Numbered from the stretch's first letter, positions 1-14,021 are shown. The stretch: 64,000 nt of DNA from Zootoca vivipara (GCF_963506605.1 NC_083282.1:58404001-58468000); one strand, 5' to 3'. The notes: generated by a model not told the origin, from the sequence alone. Numbers and translations are program-made.

Positions 1-3000
1 TAAAACACAACACAAATATATAAAATAGCTTAGATGAGAAATGTTAATAGTAAGTTAGCTTTGAGCTCATAAAGAAAAACCTCCTCCAACAACCCTATCT
101 AGTGTTACCCCCATTAACAACATATTTTCCTAGTACATAACTGCCTGAGTCCCTGGCAATCAGAAATACTTTTGGCACAGGGAAAGGTTCCTGACAAGTG
201 GAGCAAGAAGTCTCAAGTTCTCTCTGCTATGCTTTGATGGACTCCTCTCCTTAGTGTGCCCATAAATACCTGCTCCTGCCTAAGGTTCCAAAGCTCTCTA
301 ACAGAAATGGATTGACAGGATTTGCGGGGCAAAGATCATACAGCAAAAACCTAGGGGCAGAGAGGACAGAAGCATGAGTGTGGGGGGGGGGGAGGAGGAG
401 AGAATATTTCCACATATCTCCTCCACCCACCCCCACATTTATACCACGAGTGGTAAATTCAAGGGAAAAAGCAGGTCTCTCTACCTGTAATGGGATATAT
501 GTGTAGAGCTATCTTTGCAAAGTAGCAGGGAAGGGGATTGACTTGCAGCTGTCTTCAGTGGGTCCCAGAGAAAGAAAGACGAGAGGATGAGGAAAGGCAC
601 AGCATTCCCATCTGTGTACAGTTTGAAATGTTCTAAATTGCTACACCAGCTGCACTTCCACCTTCCCATTCCATATCCCCCCTACCCTTCTGCTATCCTT
701 TTTAATTACTGTACATAAAATCACATGCATCACTCAAACATAGGAGGATCTGTCCCTATGCCCCAGACTGCTCTCACTCGAACACAATGGACACAGGAGT
801 CAGCCTCACAACTCCTCCAGACTCGGGGGAATCAGGGCAGGCCTGCAATAGGCTGTGTGGTATTTTTTGAGCCAGTGCACAGGGCCAGAAGTCACATGAC
901 TTGCTGAGCTGAGCTCATGGCAGTCCAGCTGCCACATGACTGGCTGAACCAATGACAGAATAGCTTGAAGTCAGTTGGGTCAACAGTAACTTACATCTGC
1001 ACAAACCTCAATGAAACATGTCATCTCAGCATGACTACATATTAAATTATCAATATAATATATTATACATATTTCATAATTCTTTTTTTAAAGCCAATAA
1101 ATAAGTATATATGAAAGGAATGAGTACAAAAAATGATTGTCAAATAATGTATACCAGTATAATAATTTACACAGTTTTCATTTTAAGTCATTTCAAAATC
1201 ACTTCCTAATATTATTTCTCACAAGTACAAGGATACCAGCATTGACTTGGTACTACTTCCACTTTTTTTCTACAGAAACCTCAAGACACACCAACCTTTT
1301 TGTTTGTTTGTTTGTTTGACATAGCTGCTCTGGGGCTCACTTTTCACTTCCCTAATTACAGAACTTCCTACCCAGTAATTAAATGATAAAGACTCATTAC
1401 CGTTTTCCTTGATTGCCTGATTGGCTCTGTTTTAAAAAACCTATGGGGACATTCCGCAACCCCTTATGTTTAGAGCCACTTCTTTCCTTGACTAGCCACC
1501 AGAGCCATAAAACAAATACGCAAAGCAATATGGTCCTAGACATAATTAATTAAATAATAAAAAATTGCTCCTTGTGTGAGCAGGGATGGTTGGTGCAATC
1601 CTGAATACCTTCCTCCCCTCCTTATGCCTCTATTCCCGCCTTTGTGATTGCTACCAAAACAAGCTGCTGACCTCTCTGACTAGGAGCCAACCCATGGGGC
1701 ATCCCGTCAGCGGCACACTGCCTTGGAGACCTGTCGTGGTGAGAGGAGTTCAAACAGAAAATCTATTTTTAATGACTTTGGGGAGTTCTGGGGAGATGCT
1801 GAGTAATTCAATGTAATTAAAGCTATCTATCACTCAGTGAGCAGGAGCTGAAAGTTGATGAACTTTTCAGTGATATTTTCTTTCATTCATTAAACACACA
1901 CACAACTATGTGCTCTGTTAGGAGTCATAAAATTGGAATATATCCGTATCTGTATATACAACTTATCAGTTTGTAGCAGTTATAAAGCATGAGTTTAGAG
2001 AAAATAAACATAAGAGCACCATGTCTCCCTTTCAGCCTTATAAAAGTTCAGCTAAGCCAGACAAAGAGAGTGCAGCCTGTTTCTAAGCACTGAGCTAAAA
2101 AGACATTTCATGGCATTTAAGATTTACACCTATAATTAAATATAGGAGGTAGTGTGGTTCAATAGAAAGAAACTTGGAGGCCTGACTTTAAAGCCATTAT
2201 CCCTCACTCAACTTCCTCATTTCTAGGAACACTTTTAGAATGTTGTTCCCTGCAATGACAGTATCCTCAACCAAGAATTGCAGAAGGAAGCCTCTCAAAG
2301 AAGAGTTTTGTAGATTTTTATAGCCAGGAGTCTACACATCTTGAGTGTCCTTGGTATCCTCAGGGAACTTGCCCTTTAAGGCTTAGCACAACTGCAGGAA
2401 CATAGCCTTACTTCTCCACTTCCAAATTCCAGCTGGAAAGGAGGGGAGGAGACTCATCCCCTGAGTTTGGAAGTGCCCAGAGCACCCTCAAGACTTGTGG
2501 AGGACAAGTTCTGCATTCCCTCCAGAGCTGGGGAGTGGGTGCTTGTCCCTGTTGTGCTAGACTCTGAAGTATTTAGAGTGCCTCTGAGGACAGTCCAACT
2601 GTGGGGGCGAGTTACTCTGCTGCTCTTCAACTCTAATCTGAGAAATGGCTGAAGAAGAGAGGCTGGTCCATTTCTGCTAGGTCCAGTGCTATGCCAGGGT
2701 GAGTCTCTGTCTGTCTGTAGCCTGAAGGGTATCAAACTGACTAGGGGTCTCAGCAGATTTGAATGTCTTTGTCACTGCTGAGATGAACAACACAATGGTT
2801 GATCCCAAGTTACTGACCCTGCCGTCCATCTAGACTAGCAGTGATGACTGTCAAATCGCAAGTGACTACTGCTGTAATTTAGAGTGCAGATAATTTACGC
2901 TGGATTTGGGCCACCACTTTATATTTCTGGCTGAAACATATTAGGTGCCTCTGGATGACACTCTCACATTGAAAAAAACTTCTGTTCATTTACGTAGGCC

Positions 3001-3669
3001 ATTGTAACAGAAGAGCGTATGAAATGTAGGCTATGTTGTGTGTGTTTCTGGATCAGTATTTGACCCACAAAAAAAGATGGCATCAAGCTACAGGGGTTCA
3101 TCTGTCTTGCTTTGATGGGTCTTCATGGAATTAAGGCTGCTGGGCCCCAAATGGCAGTTATTTTAGTTATGCATCCAATACTCTTTTGACTGGTCCTTAA
3201 AGGTCAACGTTTCCACATAGCTGACAGTAATTGTATGATTGCCTACGCTGACATTATGGCAGTTGCTAGATATGCATATTTATGCTAACCTCACTTGGTT
3301 CAAACCAAAGGTGGATTAATTTTAAAATATAACACGATTCTTGTTTTGACAATTCTACTGTGGCTCATTAGAATTAAAAAGGTATTCCATATTTTTTTCT
3401 GGGTCATCAAGGAGTGCAACAGAAACAGGATATTGGTGGTGTGGCATTATACCTTCCAGATTTCCTTGGGAAAGAGTTGTCTTCATTTTTAGACCATATC
3501 TGATTACCATAGTTGAAACCCATGAATGGGGTTGCTAGGTTTGCGGGAAGCGAACAAACTTTAGTTCCCTGATAAAATTGTTGGAGTATTTCGGATTCCT
3601 TCCCAATATATGGATCATGAAAGCTGCACAGTAAACACAATACCAGATGGTGTTTCTAGTTCATACTAG

Positions 3670-3962
3670 AAACGGGGCTTTTAGTGTTTTAGTTGCAGTC
3701 TTCTGCAATCATTTGCCAACTGAAATTAGACAGGTGCTTAGCATCCTGATATTTAGGTGGCTACTGGGCATTTTTGTTTAGGAAGGCTTTCCCTGAAGCG
3801 TGACCCTGTCTTTTTATGGAATGATAATTATATAATTAGAGCAGTGATTTATTTGTTTGTAGAGTTTGTAAATTTTGTTTTTCACCTAATTTTATCTTAT
3901 TCTACACAGGTTCATTAATCTCACCTTCGGCAAAGATTAATATATTTGCAAAATAAATAAAT
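3670..3962 (+). mobile_element. Degenerate L2 LINE 3' end
   Basis: Remnant of the RAFSV..LWN.LP.EIRQA....F...L...LFRKAF motif (GGGGCTTTTAGTGT...TTGCCAACTGAAATTAGACAGG...TTTGTTTAGGAAGGCTTT), followed by a T-rich 3'UTR and TAAA tail. Confidence 0.55.
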
Positions 3963-4608
3963 TGGTATATAGATAATTTGGAATTATATACCATGCTGTA
4001 ATTTTTATGCAATACACAGTGTCTGACTATGTTGCAACATGAAACCAGTTGTGTGGCTTAACGGGTCTGTATATTGGGGATACAGTGCAGATGGTAGTGG
4101 TCCTATGAAACTATGTGAAACATCAATCACATCTCCGATCACCCCTGGAAAATAATATATGAACTTTTAAAGCATTCCACATCACGAAGGATGTCGATTT
4201 TTGAGTTTCCAGAAGGCAAAGAGGCAGATGCATAGCTAACTCCACTGGGTCAAAGAATCAAAGGCATCTGGACCCATTCTTTCACAAAGTATGACGTTTT
4301 ATGACCTCAAACACAATCTGCCTTTCAAATAGATTCCCCACCATGTACTAACACCTGCAGCTACATTTCAGAGCATCTGTAGACTTTCTTTATATCTAGT
4401 TGGTTCATTGCTATATTGACTCATTTCAAAATTTGCATGTGGACAGATAGTGTGAAGTTTGATGATGCAACAAAAAGGAGAGTGGCTTTAGGGCAACACA
4501 AACATAATCTGAAAATAATTCAATGTATTGTTTTTAATCTGTACAATTGGAGTCATATGACAAAAGAGATCAAACACTATCCCCAAGCATGAAAGAAATG
4601 ACCTAAGG

Positions 4609-5001
4609 CAGGGTCCCCAAACTAAGGCCCAGGGGCCGGATGCGGCCCACACAAACCAATTGTGCGCCCCCCGACGACCCCAGCCGCCGCCCACTCTTAT
4701 TGGCGCACTGCGGTGCGGTTGCCCATCTCTGGGTCGGCGCGGCACCAGAAATAGCTTGTGCGCATGCGCGGGCCGGAGGGCAGGGGAACACGCTCCCATA
4801 TGCACGCGCACAAGCTATTTCTGGTGCCGCCCCGGAAGTGCACCGGAAATGATGTCTGCACATGCGCAGAATCCATTTCTAGCGCCGCGCCAGAAAAAGC
4901 AAGTGTGCGCGCGTATGGGAGCACATTCCCCCGCGTCTGGCCCGCCGCGTGATCAGCGCTGGAGGAACTGGCTCGAAGCCGGGTAAGTTTGGGGACCCCT
5001 G
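4609..5001. mobile_element. hAT-type MITE, CpG-rich, with internal perfect 25-bp inverted repeat
   Basis: TIR CAGGG(G)TCCCCAAACT ... AGTTTGGGGACCCCTG with GGCCC subterminal motifs. Internal IR at 4739-4763 / 4806-4830. A clean 8-bp TSD is not seen. Confidence 0.8.
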
Positions 5002-5634
5002 AAGGTTACACAGCAGGACAAGAGGCTGAGCCAAAGCTGGATTTCATGTTTTAAGTCAACTGGTCCCAGTGGCCTGGGCAATTTTCTGAAATCAAATCCA
5101 CAGATGCCCCTCATAAGTGGCAGCATTATCAAAGGGTAAATACCAAATCTGAAGCAAAAAATTCCCTACATTTGTTTATTATTTGTACCTACAGTTGTTC
5201 TTTACCTAGTGGTTTCAGGGAGGGAAGCAAAGTTACCACAATTAAAACAGGCACAACGTATATTAAAACCATGACATATGACTGCAAAGCAAAAGCAAAT
5301 AACAACAATGCAGGCGCAAGGAAGACACCCACTCAGCTAAATACCCAGGTCTAAAGAGGTACATCTCGACTGTGGGGATGATTAGGGAGGCAGGAGATGA
5401 TATATTATTTAATGATATCCTTCCTAACTTGCGCTAGCAAGTTCCATATTCTAGCAGAGTTCCAAACATCCCCCTTTTTAAATTACGCAGTGATCAGCTT
5501 GTTGCTGACTCATCTGAGTCTTACTATTAAAGATTCCTTCCTTCTAATCCCTCTTAAAAAGAATAAACACAAGAACCTGTTCAACGTTAATATAAAAGTA
5601 GTTTACTCACAGATTCATTCAGGTTCACAGACAT

Positions 5635-6134
5635 ATAGAATCATAGAATCATAGAGTTGGAAAAGACCACAAGGGCCATCTAGTCTAACCCCCTGCCAAG
5701 CACGAAACACCATCAAAGCATTCTTGACATATGCCTGTCAAGCCTCTGCTTAAAGACCTCCAAAGAAGGAGACTCCACCATACTCCTTGGCAGCAAATTC
5801 CACTGCCGAATAGCTCTTACTGTCAGGAAGTTCTTCCTAATGTTTAGGTGGAATCTTATTTCTTGTAGTTTGAATCCATTGCTCCGTGTCCACTACTCCC
5901 CTATCACCCCTTAACCTTCTCTTCTCCAGGCTAAACATACCCAGCTCCCTAAGCCACTCCTCATAAGGCATCGTTTCCAGGCCTTTGACCATTTTGGTTG
6001 CCCTCCTCTGGACACATTCCAGCTTGTCAGTATCCTTCTTGAACTGTGGTGCCCAGAACTGGACACAGTATTCCAGGTGAGGTCTGACCAGAGCAGAATA
6101 CAGTGGTACTATTACTTCCCTTGATCTAGATGCT
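5635..6134 (-). mobile_element. CR1 LINE 3' fragment with internal deletion
   Basis: ORF2 C-terminal peptide [29 protein letters not shown]...[12 protein letters not shown]...LEKRRLRGD. (ATTCTATG)n tail. Possible GACAT TSD (5630-5634 / 6135-6139). Confidence 0.92.
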
Positions 6135-6234
6135 GACATGTCCACTATAGGAATGTTGTACTTGACTTCAGTTTTACACCCCACATCGGCCAATTGTTGA
6201 AAAGTATGCAATGATGGCACAAGACACACCTCAG

Positions 6235-6395
6235 AGAGGAGGGCATTCCCTAGCCTTGGAACCACCACAGATAAATCCCTCTCACATGTTGCCACAACTT
6301 GAACCACAGAGATTGGCAACACTGCCAACAGGGCCTTTCCTGCTGATCTAAACACCCAGGCAGGTCAGTGTGAACGGAGGTGGTTCTTCAGACAT
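6235..6395 (-). mobile_element. Degenerate L2 ORF2 C-terminal fragment
   Basis: AGGGCATTCCCTAGCCTTGGAACCACCACAGATAAA...GGGCCTTTCCTGCTGATCT reads in reverse as RSA...LL...[13 protein letters not shown], i.e. the L2 RAFSV.AP.LWNAL motif. Confidence 0.55.
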
Positions 6396-6501
6396 AATTG
6401 AAAATGGATTACTAAAACCAAATTCAGAAAAAATTACCTCCTTGGCACACACATTTATTTTTTTCTGATGAAACTAGTTCTACTTTGCTCAAAGAGCAAT
6501 T

Positions 6502-6800
6502 TAAGAACATGAAAAGAGATCTGCTGGATTAGACCAAGGATGCATGTAGTCCAGCATCTTTTCCCCCAAGAGTGGACAGCATGTTTCTGGAAAAACCAAA
6601 TGAGGGCAAGGCCCTAACTGTTCTCACCCTGCAGCATTCAGTATTCAGAGAAATACTGCCTATAAATATGTGAGTCTCATCTAGCTTTCACGGCTAATAA
6701 AAGACTTATCGTTCATAAATTTCTCTGATCCTATTTTAATAAATAGGATTTAAAACTTGTGGCCACCATCACATCTTGTGGCAGTGAATTCCATAAATTA
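6502..6800 (-). mobile_element. Older CR1 3' UTR/tail fragment
   Basis: TAAGAACATGAAAAGAG..CTGCTGGATTAGACCAAGG..CATGTAGTCCAGCATC...GTGGCCACCATCACATCTTGTGGCAGTGAATTCCATA is typical of CR1 3' ends read in reverse. Confidence 0.65.
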
Positions 6801-8116
6801 ATTCAACTCCCGTATCTTAGTTCTTTCATCTTAGGACAACTCTGCCCAGGCTGTTCCCCAAAGGGAAAATATGAAACAGAACAGAATGCTTAAGGAAAGA
6901 TTCAGAACACCAAGTAAGCATTCTGGTTGGAGCAAATGAATGCTGAGGGGAAACCAAAGACTGCCTGTGGCTTGCCACAACTCCAGTGAATCATCAGAGT
7001 TCCTTGAGGAGCTCCAGTGAAACATGATGAAATAACAGTGAACTTGGGGAAGGCTATCTTTTCTTTTCTCAGATGAAATGAGGGGAAAATGTGAGTTTTC
7101 TATGCAAACAAGAACCATTCAAATCCATATTAGGGAAATGGCTTTATTAGGCCAACCAAAATGTCACAAAATAGTATGGAACTTTTGCATCCTTCAAGAT
7201 TTCTATTTCTATTCCTTTTTTTTAACATAACACACCACCTGTAATTAATCTGCACTTTGTTAATAACACATATATTGCCTACTCCCCCCCCCCCAAGTAT
7301 TCTGGTTTTCCCCTACGAAGGAGCCTGTCTGTGTTCACCTAAGGATGGAAACACATCTGGGTAACAGCTTTTCTTTTTGTATTTTCAGAGGTGTGGAATC
7401 AGCCATTGTCCATTTCTCTTTCCCAACAGGCTTAGGTCCAGTCTGATTCCTGCCTTTTTCATGTATGGAGATTGGCTTTATCCACGACACTTTTACCAAT
7501 GCAGCTCCCGGATGATTGTCCCCACCTTTTCCCAATCACTTCTGTCCATAATTTACAATTACAATGAAGCTTTCAGAGGATACTGCAAAAGTCTGTTTCA
7601 TTATCCAGCATGTGTTTGACAAGGCAGTGTGTTGAACCCTGAGGATCACTTGAATTCATTTCTGTTTTGCTGCATTTGAATCTGAGCTGAGGGAAACTGG
7701 AGAGAGCCTCTTCATTTATTTATGTCACCAAAAGTATCCTGTGCTTCAGGGATAGAATTAGTGGATGGAATTTTCTCTTTAGGGATGGAATTAGTGGGTG
7801 GAATTCTCTGAAAATTTTAATGTTGAGGTTATCTGCACATATTTTTCTTCTTCAAATTCCCATCTTGCTCCTTTTATTAATAAGTGAGGTTATTTTTTAC
7901 TAGTTCCTCTAAAAATGTGAACAATGCTTGTGTATACACATTCTTATAAATATAATAGTATATGCACATATGCACTTCAGGTTTCCTAAGTAACTAGCGC
8001 ATAAACAGGTACACACAACAATGCATATAAATATACAAATACTTTTTTGTATTAATACTTAAACAATTAGGCTGCAGCTATATAGTAAGTACCACATGAG
8101 GCTTGACTTTCATATA

Positions 8117-8358
8117 CAGTGGAACCTCGTGTTACGTACCGTCCTCCTTATGAATGCTTCGGGTTATGAGCTCCGCTAACCTGGAAGTAGATGCTCCCAG
8201 TTGCGAACTTTGCCCCAGGATGTGAGCAGAAGTCGCGCTCCGGCAGCACGGGAGCAGTGGGAGGCGCCATTAGCGAAAGCACGCCTCATGTTAAGAACAG
8301 TTTCTGGTTACGAATGGATCTCAGGAACGAATTAAGTTCGTAACCAAAGGTACCACTG
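8117..8358. mobile_element. Tc1/mariner (Tigger/pogo-like) MITE
   Basis: TA|CAGTGGAACCTC ... AAGGTACCACTG|TT. TA target on the left, degenerate on the right. Confidence 0.8.
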
Positions 8359-10646
8359 TTTGTATTATGCAAACAGTATATGTATTTATGTGATAAGGTT
8401 GCATAGGATTAGTTTAGAATTTTATGAAAATGGACCAGTGGCACAGTCATAACCAGGTTTTCAAGCAAGAGGTGGTCTGATGTGACCATTGCTTTATCAA
8501 GTAGGAACTACCAAATTCCATGTATGAATCTGCTAAAAATGGATTCCCATCTCTATCTGAAATGTACAGCAAAACAAAAAATATTCCAGCATCTTAATGA
8601 AATTTCCAGGAGTGACTAGCTAACACTGCATATGTTGCAGGTCTCCGGGCACAGGATCTATGTGGACTGTAAGATGTCATCTACAGAAGTTCCTTGAGCA
8701 GGTTCTTTATGTTTGGAGGCAGTGGTCAGCATAAGACATGTCAAGAGTCCACCAGAAAATAAGAAACTATCCTCCCACCTTCACTGTTCAAAGAATATAT
8801 TTTTGATATTAGATAAAGACACCAAACCTGAAAAAGAGGGTAAAAGAAGCAGAGAGGATCGCTGGCACATAACTTTGTGCTTCAAGTGAGCATTTATTCC
8901 CCTCCTTACCAACAACTTTGGGCTAAACTCAGGAAGGAAAATGATAGTTCTTAGATAGTTTAGAACTACCGAAGTCAGCACTGCAAAACCTGAAACCAGT
9001 GCTGGCTTCTAGGGATGGTTAGGGATAGCAGGACTGTTTGGAAGCTTGGAATCCTCTGCTCTTCAGACTCCCCCAATGGGTGGGGGCAAGTGGGGGCAAC
9101 ATGAGATGGCAGGGCCAGCAGCATCAGCATGTGGTGGATCCTCACAGGAAGCATGTACTAAGTGGGCAGGGACATGTATTCTGCTTGGAGCACCTTATAA
9201 GAAGCAGGGGAATGCTTAAAAAAATAATAGTAGTAGTCTCTTGCTCAATACAGGATTCTTAGTCTTTTCCTAACAACAAGGCACTTCAAGGCACAACAAC
9301 ATGATACTTCAAGAACACACGCACACACACGCACACACACACATTCATCAAGGGATCCTTTGCTTCTGCAAAAGCACAGGAAGGACAGAGGGACAAATGG
9401 CAGTAGGCTGGTGATGGTCAGTGGGAAAGAGAGGCTGAAAGAAAAAGTCACCCAGAATAATTCTGTGATGGTAAGTGGAATGAAAAGAAAAAGGAAATTT
9501 GGGAAGCGATGAGAGGCACGGAGAAGTGGACAGGAGTCTGTGAGGCAGGGGGAAAATTTCACATTGCTCATTTGGAACTTACAGGTCAAATATTTGGCTG
9601 CCGTTTATCATTATTATTTCCACCCTGGCTGAAAACTTGGTGCATTGCTCATATATGCTCTAGCTGGCTAAAATTTCATATAAATATCAAATAAAAGTCA
9701 ACATTTCCTCAGCAATTCCCATTGTGCCGCCCATGGCCTCATTTTCAGAAAAGCTCCATAAACTGAACAAACTCTGGCCTTATATAAACACATGGCTCCT
9801 TCCAGACACATCACTCAGACAACCTGAATAAGCTGCTGAAATCTTTATAGTATCCTGGCTCTGCCACAGGCATTGCTATTTAAGCTATCCTGCGCATGCA
9901 CATGTCACAGATAAAGCCAGTGCAGAACTAACAGCTGTGCTAGGGTGAAGAAATGAGAGAGGTTGAGCCCCAGATGCAGTGATTTAGGACTGCTCCGTTC
10001 AAGGTCATAAAGCCTCTGTTGATTTTGAATCGGGTCAGGACAGAGTAATGGCACATCATCCACAGTGGCCAACTCTGCACAATCTCTTCAACATGAACAC
10101 TAGGCAGTTGAATCTATGCATGCAGTAAGAAACCTTTTCACTTTCCTGAAAAAGGAAGACAGTTCCTCCTCTTCTAAAAAGGCTGTAATAGCTACGGACA
10201 AGAGAGTAAAGCAAGACTTTAGTAAACTATTTCTAAATAAATCCTTTCTTTGCAAATCACCTACAATTGGAACCGCAGGAACTGCAAAGCTTATTTTAAT
10301 ATTCCAGTGCCCCCCCACCCCAAATCATAGTAGTGACCTTTCTTTGTTTAGGAAAACACCCAGTCTGACTCAGCCCACGCTCCTGTGAGAATCTTGTGGA
10401 GACATATAATTTCAGTAAAAGGAGATCGCTGATTACAGATTGCAGAGTGCTTGCATCACAATGGGCAATGTTATACAGGAGAGGAATACAAAAAAAAGAA
10501 TGCAAGTCTCTAAAATTATAAACCTGCCCAACATAACATAGAGGAAACTTTGCTGAAGAAGGAAAGACTCATGCTCAAGCAAGCCATGGCTCAATCATAT
10601 TCAGTTATAAGTCAGTGGCTCGCACACACTCCTCCTCTTGTGTCTG

Positions 10647-10771
10647 GCTTTTTTCTGGGGCTACTCAAGGGTATGCCTTACTGATAACTTTTTTCAAATG
10701 TTAAAAGTGTGGCACTTACTGTAACAACTTCATGGGGAGTACTGGCACGCCTTTTCCTTAAAAAAGCACTG
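10647..10771. mobile_element. Degenerate hAT-type MITE related to 15308-15480
   Basis: GCTTTTTTCTGGGG...AAAAAAGCACTG. The left TIR is incomplete. Confidence 0.5.
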
Positions 10772-11773
10772 CTTGTTAGTGCTAACCATGATTTGCCTTG
10801 ACATCTGCATTGGTCTGGTTAGCACCTGACCTTCAAGCCAGAATCAGAAACCAAGGTTTGAAGTGAGTTTCTGATTTTGGTTTGGAAGTCAAACGCGAAC
10901 CATAGTTTGCCACTCTGGATGTCAAAAGGCTACGTAATAAAGGTAGGCAAGAGAGAGGGAAGTTCAATGCAAGGGGGAACGAGGGACAATGAGGATGGAG
11001 GTCCTCAAGGAACTCTGATGATTCACTGTGTCATGAGGTCTGATAACCACAATTCCGTTATGAGTAAAATGTCCGTTTGTTTCTTAAACTTTTCTGGGTC
11101 AAAAGCCAAAAGAGAAAATGCCAAGTATTCATACTGAAACAAAATGGCCCCTCTTTTAAAAGTTGAAAACATTTCACTTTGTTTTAAAAGACCCAAATGT
11201 TCATTTTCTTTTCTTTTTTCAACTTATTAAGGTATCATTGACATTTTGTTGAGGAGGAAGAATCATTGATGCTTTGAGTTTCAGACACAAAGACAAAAAA
11301 GGGGGGCAGAGGGCAGAATATCCAATCTGACCTATTCTAATGTCCCACCTGAACTGCCTTTTTCAAAGCATGCAGTGCCTTAACCTTTGCAAATAAGTTG
11401 TTCTTTTAAAACCTGGTAATAGATTCAGAGTCATGCACTGCATCCATATACCATCAGGTACCCGCCAATCTTATCCATCAGACCTCAAAGGGAAATAATT
11501 ATTATGGGAAAGGGGGAAATGTGTGCAAAAAATTCTCAGCCCAGGTAGAGAACTATCCAATGCAACTGGAATTTGATCTCACATTGGATAACAGCATTAC
11601 CCATGGCTGTTATTCCTCCTACCAAGTAACCTGCAAAACACATGCCTTACAGTCATTTAAAGACAGAAACTTAATTAAGGGGAATAATTATTGGGCAGGT
11701 ATCCCTCCCACTCCAGGTATAAGTAGCAAAAATAGGATTTTAAATAATTTTGGAGTTATAACCGATGTAATTA

Positions 11774-12008
11774 CCGTGTTTCTCATATTATAAGACACGT
11801 CTTATATTTATTTTTTCTTCAAAAAAACACACTATGGCTTATTTTCAAGGGATGTCTTATTTTTTTCCTCCTCCTCCTGCCGCGGCCGGCATTGCTGCTG
11901 CTCCTATCACTATGTCTTATTTTCGGGGTATGGCTTATATTCCTTGAATGCTTAAAAATCCTGCTATGGCTTATTTTATGGGGATGCCTTAAAATATGAG
12001 AAACAGGG
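11774..12008. mobile_element. Tc1/mariner (Tc2/pogo-like) MITE
   Basis: TA|CCGTGTTTCTCATATT ... AATATGAGAAACAGGG|TA, with multiple internal (G/T)CTTAT(T/A)TT repeats. Confidence 0.82.
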
Positions 12009-12802
12009 TAGGTGTTCAGTGAGCACTTAACAATCAAGCTATGCTTATTAAAATTACTGTTTTAATCAGAATGTTGCCAGAGAATCTTTATTAGCACAAT
12101 GGTTTGATTCCCCGGAACTCTAATTAGGCCCAGACTCCTCACCACCTGGGGAATGTAATCCTGCCTTGGTGCTATAGGTAATGAATTATCATCCCCCCCC
12201 CCACGACCAATCCCTGTGGGACAAAAGCATTGATGCTGCTTTGTCATGACCTCACCAAACATTCCTTTGCAGACCACAGCTAGAGGTAGAGGCTGCGGAC
12301 GCGTCTGAAAAAAAACAAAAAAGGAATGTTGGGAAAGGCTGTTCTGAAATATTACAGAATCTCACTCTATTGCCTCCAGGAGTGCGAAGGAATCAAAGAT
12401 CAGGTGTTTACTTTAGTTTGAAGAATTGGTTTCTTTGGTCGGACTGCAAAGGTCACCCCAAGACAAGCGATTCTGTAATGCCGTTGTCTCCTGCTGTAAC
12501 TAGGGAGAACCTCTGGCTGCTTTGTACTAACTCCTTTAATGCTTCTCCTCTGTGCTTCGTATAGCTCTAGGCAGGGAAGTCTGTACTTTTCTTAATTCCA
12601 TCTTCTAGCATTTTTGGCCTTGTGCCACTAATATCTTCTGTTTCAAGCCAAAATTCAGCACCTCACTTTAAGCAGAAGGGCACCAAGATCATACACCTGT
12701 GGCTGAGAGTGCAATTGAACATGCACTTAACATGCTAAACTGTGCAGTTATTCATAAGCATGGTATTATTTTCAGTAACACATTTAGAACACACACATAC
12801 AC

Positions 12803-14021
12803 GGGGTTCCGGTTTCCGCCTGCAGGAATGGCGGACCTGTTTTCCATCTCTCTGACCTTCGTAAGGAATTTGGCGGTTGCTAGGGGAGTAAATGGCAACC
12901 CCCTACCCTCTCCGGGGGTTACGGAGAGGGGCCGCTGGCCCGCGATGCCCCCAGACCCACTCCGACTGTTTTTGGAGTGGGGGGAGCTTGGGCTGAGCAC
13001 TTACGACGGCCAGGACTCCCGGACGCTAATCTGCATGGCGGGGATTTCCATGGTTAAAGAAGATAATTAGGCTTAAATCTATGGACATACTTCAGAAGGA
13101 GGGGAAGAAGCGCTGTTTACTGCTGAGAATTTTATGCTGCTGAGCGAGAGGAGTCAAAGAATGTACGGCATCTGGAAGAAGGATTGATGGGGACGGAGCG
13201 ATAAGGGAAGCAAGTTTTTATTTTTTCTTCATATTGTTGCCTCGTATCTTCCCGGACGCGATGTCCTGGCTTGTTTGGAGTGAAAGAGAAGCAAAAGACT
13301 GTGTGAGTTGAACTTTATAGCTGTTGTTACTGAGCATATTTCTTAAAGATGTGAAGTTGCCGATGAGAAAAGCCCCCCCCTAGTCAGACGGAAGGAGTTC
13401 TGGACGCGTTCGGAGGATTTATGAGCTGTGACGCACTTTAAATTGGAGCAGCGACCTGAAGCTAAGTTCAGCTATAGGGCAAGGAGATCCATTAATTTAC
13501 CAAGAGTTCATGGTTGGATGTTTGGGTCTCCTGCCTGAAAAAGCTGTAAATTCTATAAAGATAAATAAATCGTAAATGAGAGAAAATGAAAGTGATTTGA
13601 GCCTTTTAAGATGGCGCTGCTACTCCGTCGCAACAGGGAGCTCCACTAAGAAGATTTATGGGGAGGCTGGACTGATTAACTCACACAGGAGAAAGAACAT
13701 CTGTGAAACTTCGTTTGACATTTATCTCAGCAGCTGGAACAATCGGATGAAAGTGGAAAACATCTAGGTGACTGTAAGGGGAAGATTTGGAATATTATGA
13801 GCTTGGAGGACGATTTGAACTTTAGAAATAAGACGGCAGTGGACAGTTGCGAGGAATTCCCAATTTCTTGAAGCATGGGAACCCAAAAATAAATTATTTA
13901 GATGATTTGGCATAACATTCGGTTTGATTGATATATATATGTGTATAATTTGAAATATTGAATGTGATATAATTGGTTTTAATTGGAAAATTAATAAAAA
14001 TATTTTTTTTTAAAAAAAAAA
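12803..14021 (+). mobile_element. 1.2-kb non-coding polyadenylated retroelement, probably a non-autonomous L1 derivative
   Basis: Perfect 18-bp TSD TAGAACACACACATACAC at 12785-12802 and 14022-14039. GC/CpG-rich 5' end GGGGTTCCGGTTTCCGCC...ATGGCGG. AATAAA at 13993-13998, then a T run and an A tail. No long ORF. Confidence 0.8.

Noticed and set aside
2290-2793. Possible additional solo LTR (also about 140-480 and 50520-50760)
   Set aside because: Composition is suggestive, but I could not define TG...CA ends or TSDs.
4488-4986. Six overlapping ORFs / CpG island suggesting a gene start
   Set aside because: Entirely inside a TIR-bounded GC-rich MITE. GC-rich DNA lacks stop codons.
5837-6355. 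172-aa ORF
   Set aside because: Chance in-frame fusion of an L2 remnant, spacer DNA and a CR1 ORF2 remnant.
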